Assembly (NCBI RefSeq): GCF_036365525.1
Contig: NW_027140807.1
Coordinates: 496,001 to 560,000, forward strand
DNA length: 64,000 nucleotides
Reading direction: 5' to 3'
Source of the DNA: Heterodontus francisci
Lineage: Eukaryota
Shown in pieces: positions 62,272 to 64,000 of the stretch. Both the position numbers and the translations under genes were made by a program. The notes under the pieces are model-generated. The model saw only the letters and a list, made by a program, of their open reading frames with translations. It did no database searches and was not told the DNA's origin. Within the stretch, counting starts at the first letter, position 1. Each line of letters opens with the position of its first letter.

Positions 62272-62329
62272 CCTGGACAGTTAATTTAGTGCCATCTCCA
62301 AAATACATAGGTTGAATACTCCCTGCTCC
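62272..62329 (-). CDS. TRBJ: J-beta GAGSIQPMYFGDGTKLTVQ
   Basis: FGDG, donor GTAAGT, RSS CACATCA-12-ACAAAACAT. Confidence 0.9.
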
Positions 62330-62672
62330 CACATCATCACCTCACATCACAAAACATTCCCCAACTCTCTTCTGGAAGAAAAGAAACTCACTGGGCCATT
62401 CCTTAATATTTGATAGTGGCCTCTGGTTAACGCAAGCTAACTGTAAGTTAATGTAAACTCGTGGACTAACCAGGCAGTTTGCAGTTATAACTAACAGAAT
62501 TCCCAAGACTGTCTGCCCCGTCTATATGTGGACCCGTTCATCAGTTATCCACCGTGGCAATCCTGACAATAGGAGATTTTCTCTAAGTCCCTCACAATTA
62601 TTCATTCAATCCTTCTTGCAAGATGTTTACAGGTGACCCTTGCTTCACTGAAAACAAAGAAACTGAACTCAC

Positions 62673-62729
62673 CCAAAATCGTCAACGTGGACACGTCCCC
62701 AAAATGTAGCAGGTTGGTATACCCGCCCG
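62673..62729 (-). pseudogene. TRBJ: J-beta GGYTNLLHFGDVSTLTIL (non-canonical FGDV; ORF or pseudo)
   Basis: RSS CACTGCA-12-ACCAAAATA; donor GTGAGT; second Gly lost. Confidence 0.8.
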
Positions 62730-62944
62730 CACTGCACTAAACAACAATACCAAAATACAACGATGGGTAGACAGATGTCTAGACAAACAAATAGATAGAT
62801 AGGTGGACAAACAGACAGACAGATGGATCCACAGTCCAACAAATAGATAGGTACATTGATAGATAGATAGATAAATAGATAGACTTACAGATGAAAAGAT
62901 GTATTTACATAGATAAATATATACATGTGCAAACATAATCTTAC

Positions 62945-62994
62945 CTAAAACAGTGAGTTTAGTCCCAGCTCCGAAATAATAAATGTCACCAGAG
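62945..62994 (-). CDS. TRBJ: J-beta SGDIYYFGAGTKLTVL
   Basis: FGAG, donor GTAAGA, RSS CACAATG-12-ATTAAAACA. Confidence 0.93.
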
Positions 62995-64000
62995 CACAAT
63001 GATAAACTCATGTATTAAAACATCACCTGTCTTTGAGCCCTTTCCCGAAGTAGCCCCTCATAATAAGGGAGAACCGACAAGTATAAGGAAAATTTGTCCA
63101 TAGGAACATAGCAACTGGGGAACAGGAGTTGACCATTCAGCCCTTCGTGCTTATTCCGACATTTAATTAGATTATAAATTATTTGTACCATAACCCCATC
63201 GACCTGCCTTCTTGGTTCCATAACCATTAGCATCTTTGCCGATCAAAAAATAATCAACCACACATTTGAAATTTTCAGTTGACCCCTCAGCTTTCTGTGG
63301 GAGAGATTTCTGGATTCCACGGGGCATTTTGGAAACAAGTCCTTCTTGACATCACTCCTGAATGGTCTAGCTATCAGTGTATGATTTTGCTCTCTTGTTC
63401 TGGACCCATCACACCAGAGGAAATATCAGATCCTACCATTATCTTAAACACATCAATTGGATCACCCCTGAATCTCAAATTCTCAATTTACTGCAATCCT
63501 ACTTTAAACAACACATCGTCATAAATTAAACTCTTTCAATTCCGTTATTATCCTGGGTGAATGAGGAAAGGTCATGGGGCCCTTGACACCTCATTGTCCA
63601 CTGGATATGGGTAGCCCACCAGTTCGATTAGTAACTTGAAAATACTGGGTCTCAAAACGGTTTCATTCATTGCCGCTCGAGGTTAAGAGGGAATAGATAG
63701 AATTATACAGAATTTACAACACACAAACAGGCCATTCAGCCCATCTGCTCCATGCCAGTGTTTACACTCCACTTGAGATTCCTCTCATCCCCTTCGTTCA
63801 ATTCAATTTTTTTTTATCCAATCTACTTTTTTAAACCCACTCCTTGTAGTATTGAGTTCCACATTCGCACCACTGTCTGGGTAAAGAAATTTCTCCTGAA
63901 TTCCCTATTGAATTTATTACTGACTGTCTGACATTTATGCTCTCCCCGTTCTGGTCTCCCCACAAGTGGAAAAAACTTCGGTGTGTCTACCCGATCGAAA

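Overview
Vertebrate genomic DNA from a cartilaginous fish (shark), containing the 3' end of the T-cell receptor beta (TRB) locus. The taxon call rests on HE1-type SINEs, CR1/HER1-type LINEs and a shark-type TCR C-beta; the C-beta looks like horn shark (Heterodontus) from recall only, not a search. The main locus is on the minus strand: at least 7 upstream J segments (58.4-63.0 kb), a canonical D-beta (GGGACAGGGGGGA, 12/23 RSS, 56.4 kb), 16 more J segments (44.0-55.9 kb), two J relics and an intact 4-exon TRBC (37388-34237). Facing it tail-to-tail on the plus strand is a second, miniature and strongly diverged V-D-J-J-C cassette (1.8-26.4 kb). It has an intact V ending YFCAWS with a consensus 23-RSS (TRBV30-like position and motif), a 12/23-flanked D, two damaged J segments and a pseudogenised C with recognisable Ig, hinge, short TM-less and cytoplasmic exons. 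Also present: two orphan promoter+leader copies, a 7-unit tandem array of CTCF-like motifs, candidate ETS/RUNX/E-box enhancer islands between the two C genes, a J relic in frame with C-beta exon 1, two large CR1 LINEs, SINEs, a 4.8 kb 37-bp minisatellite and extensive GA/CTAT simple repeats with N runs. All coordinates were read by hand.
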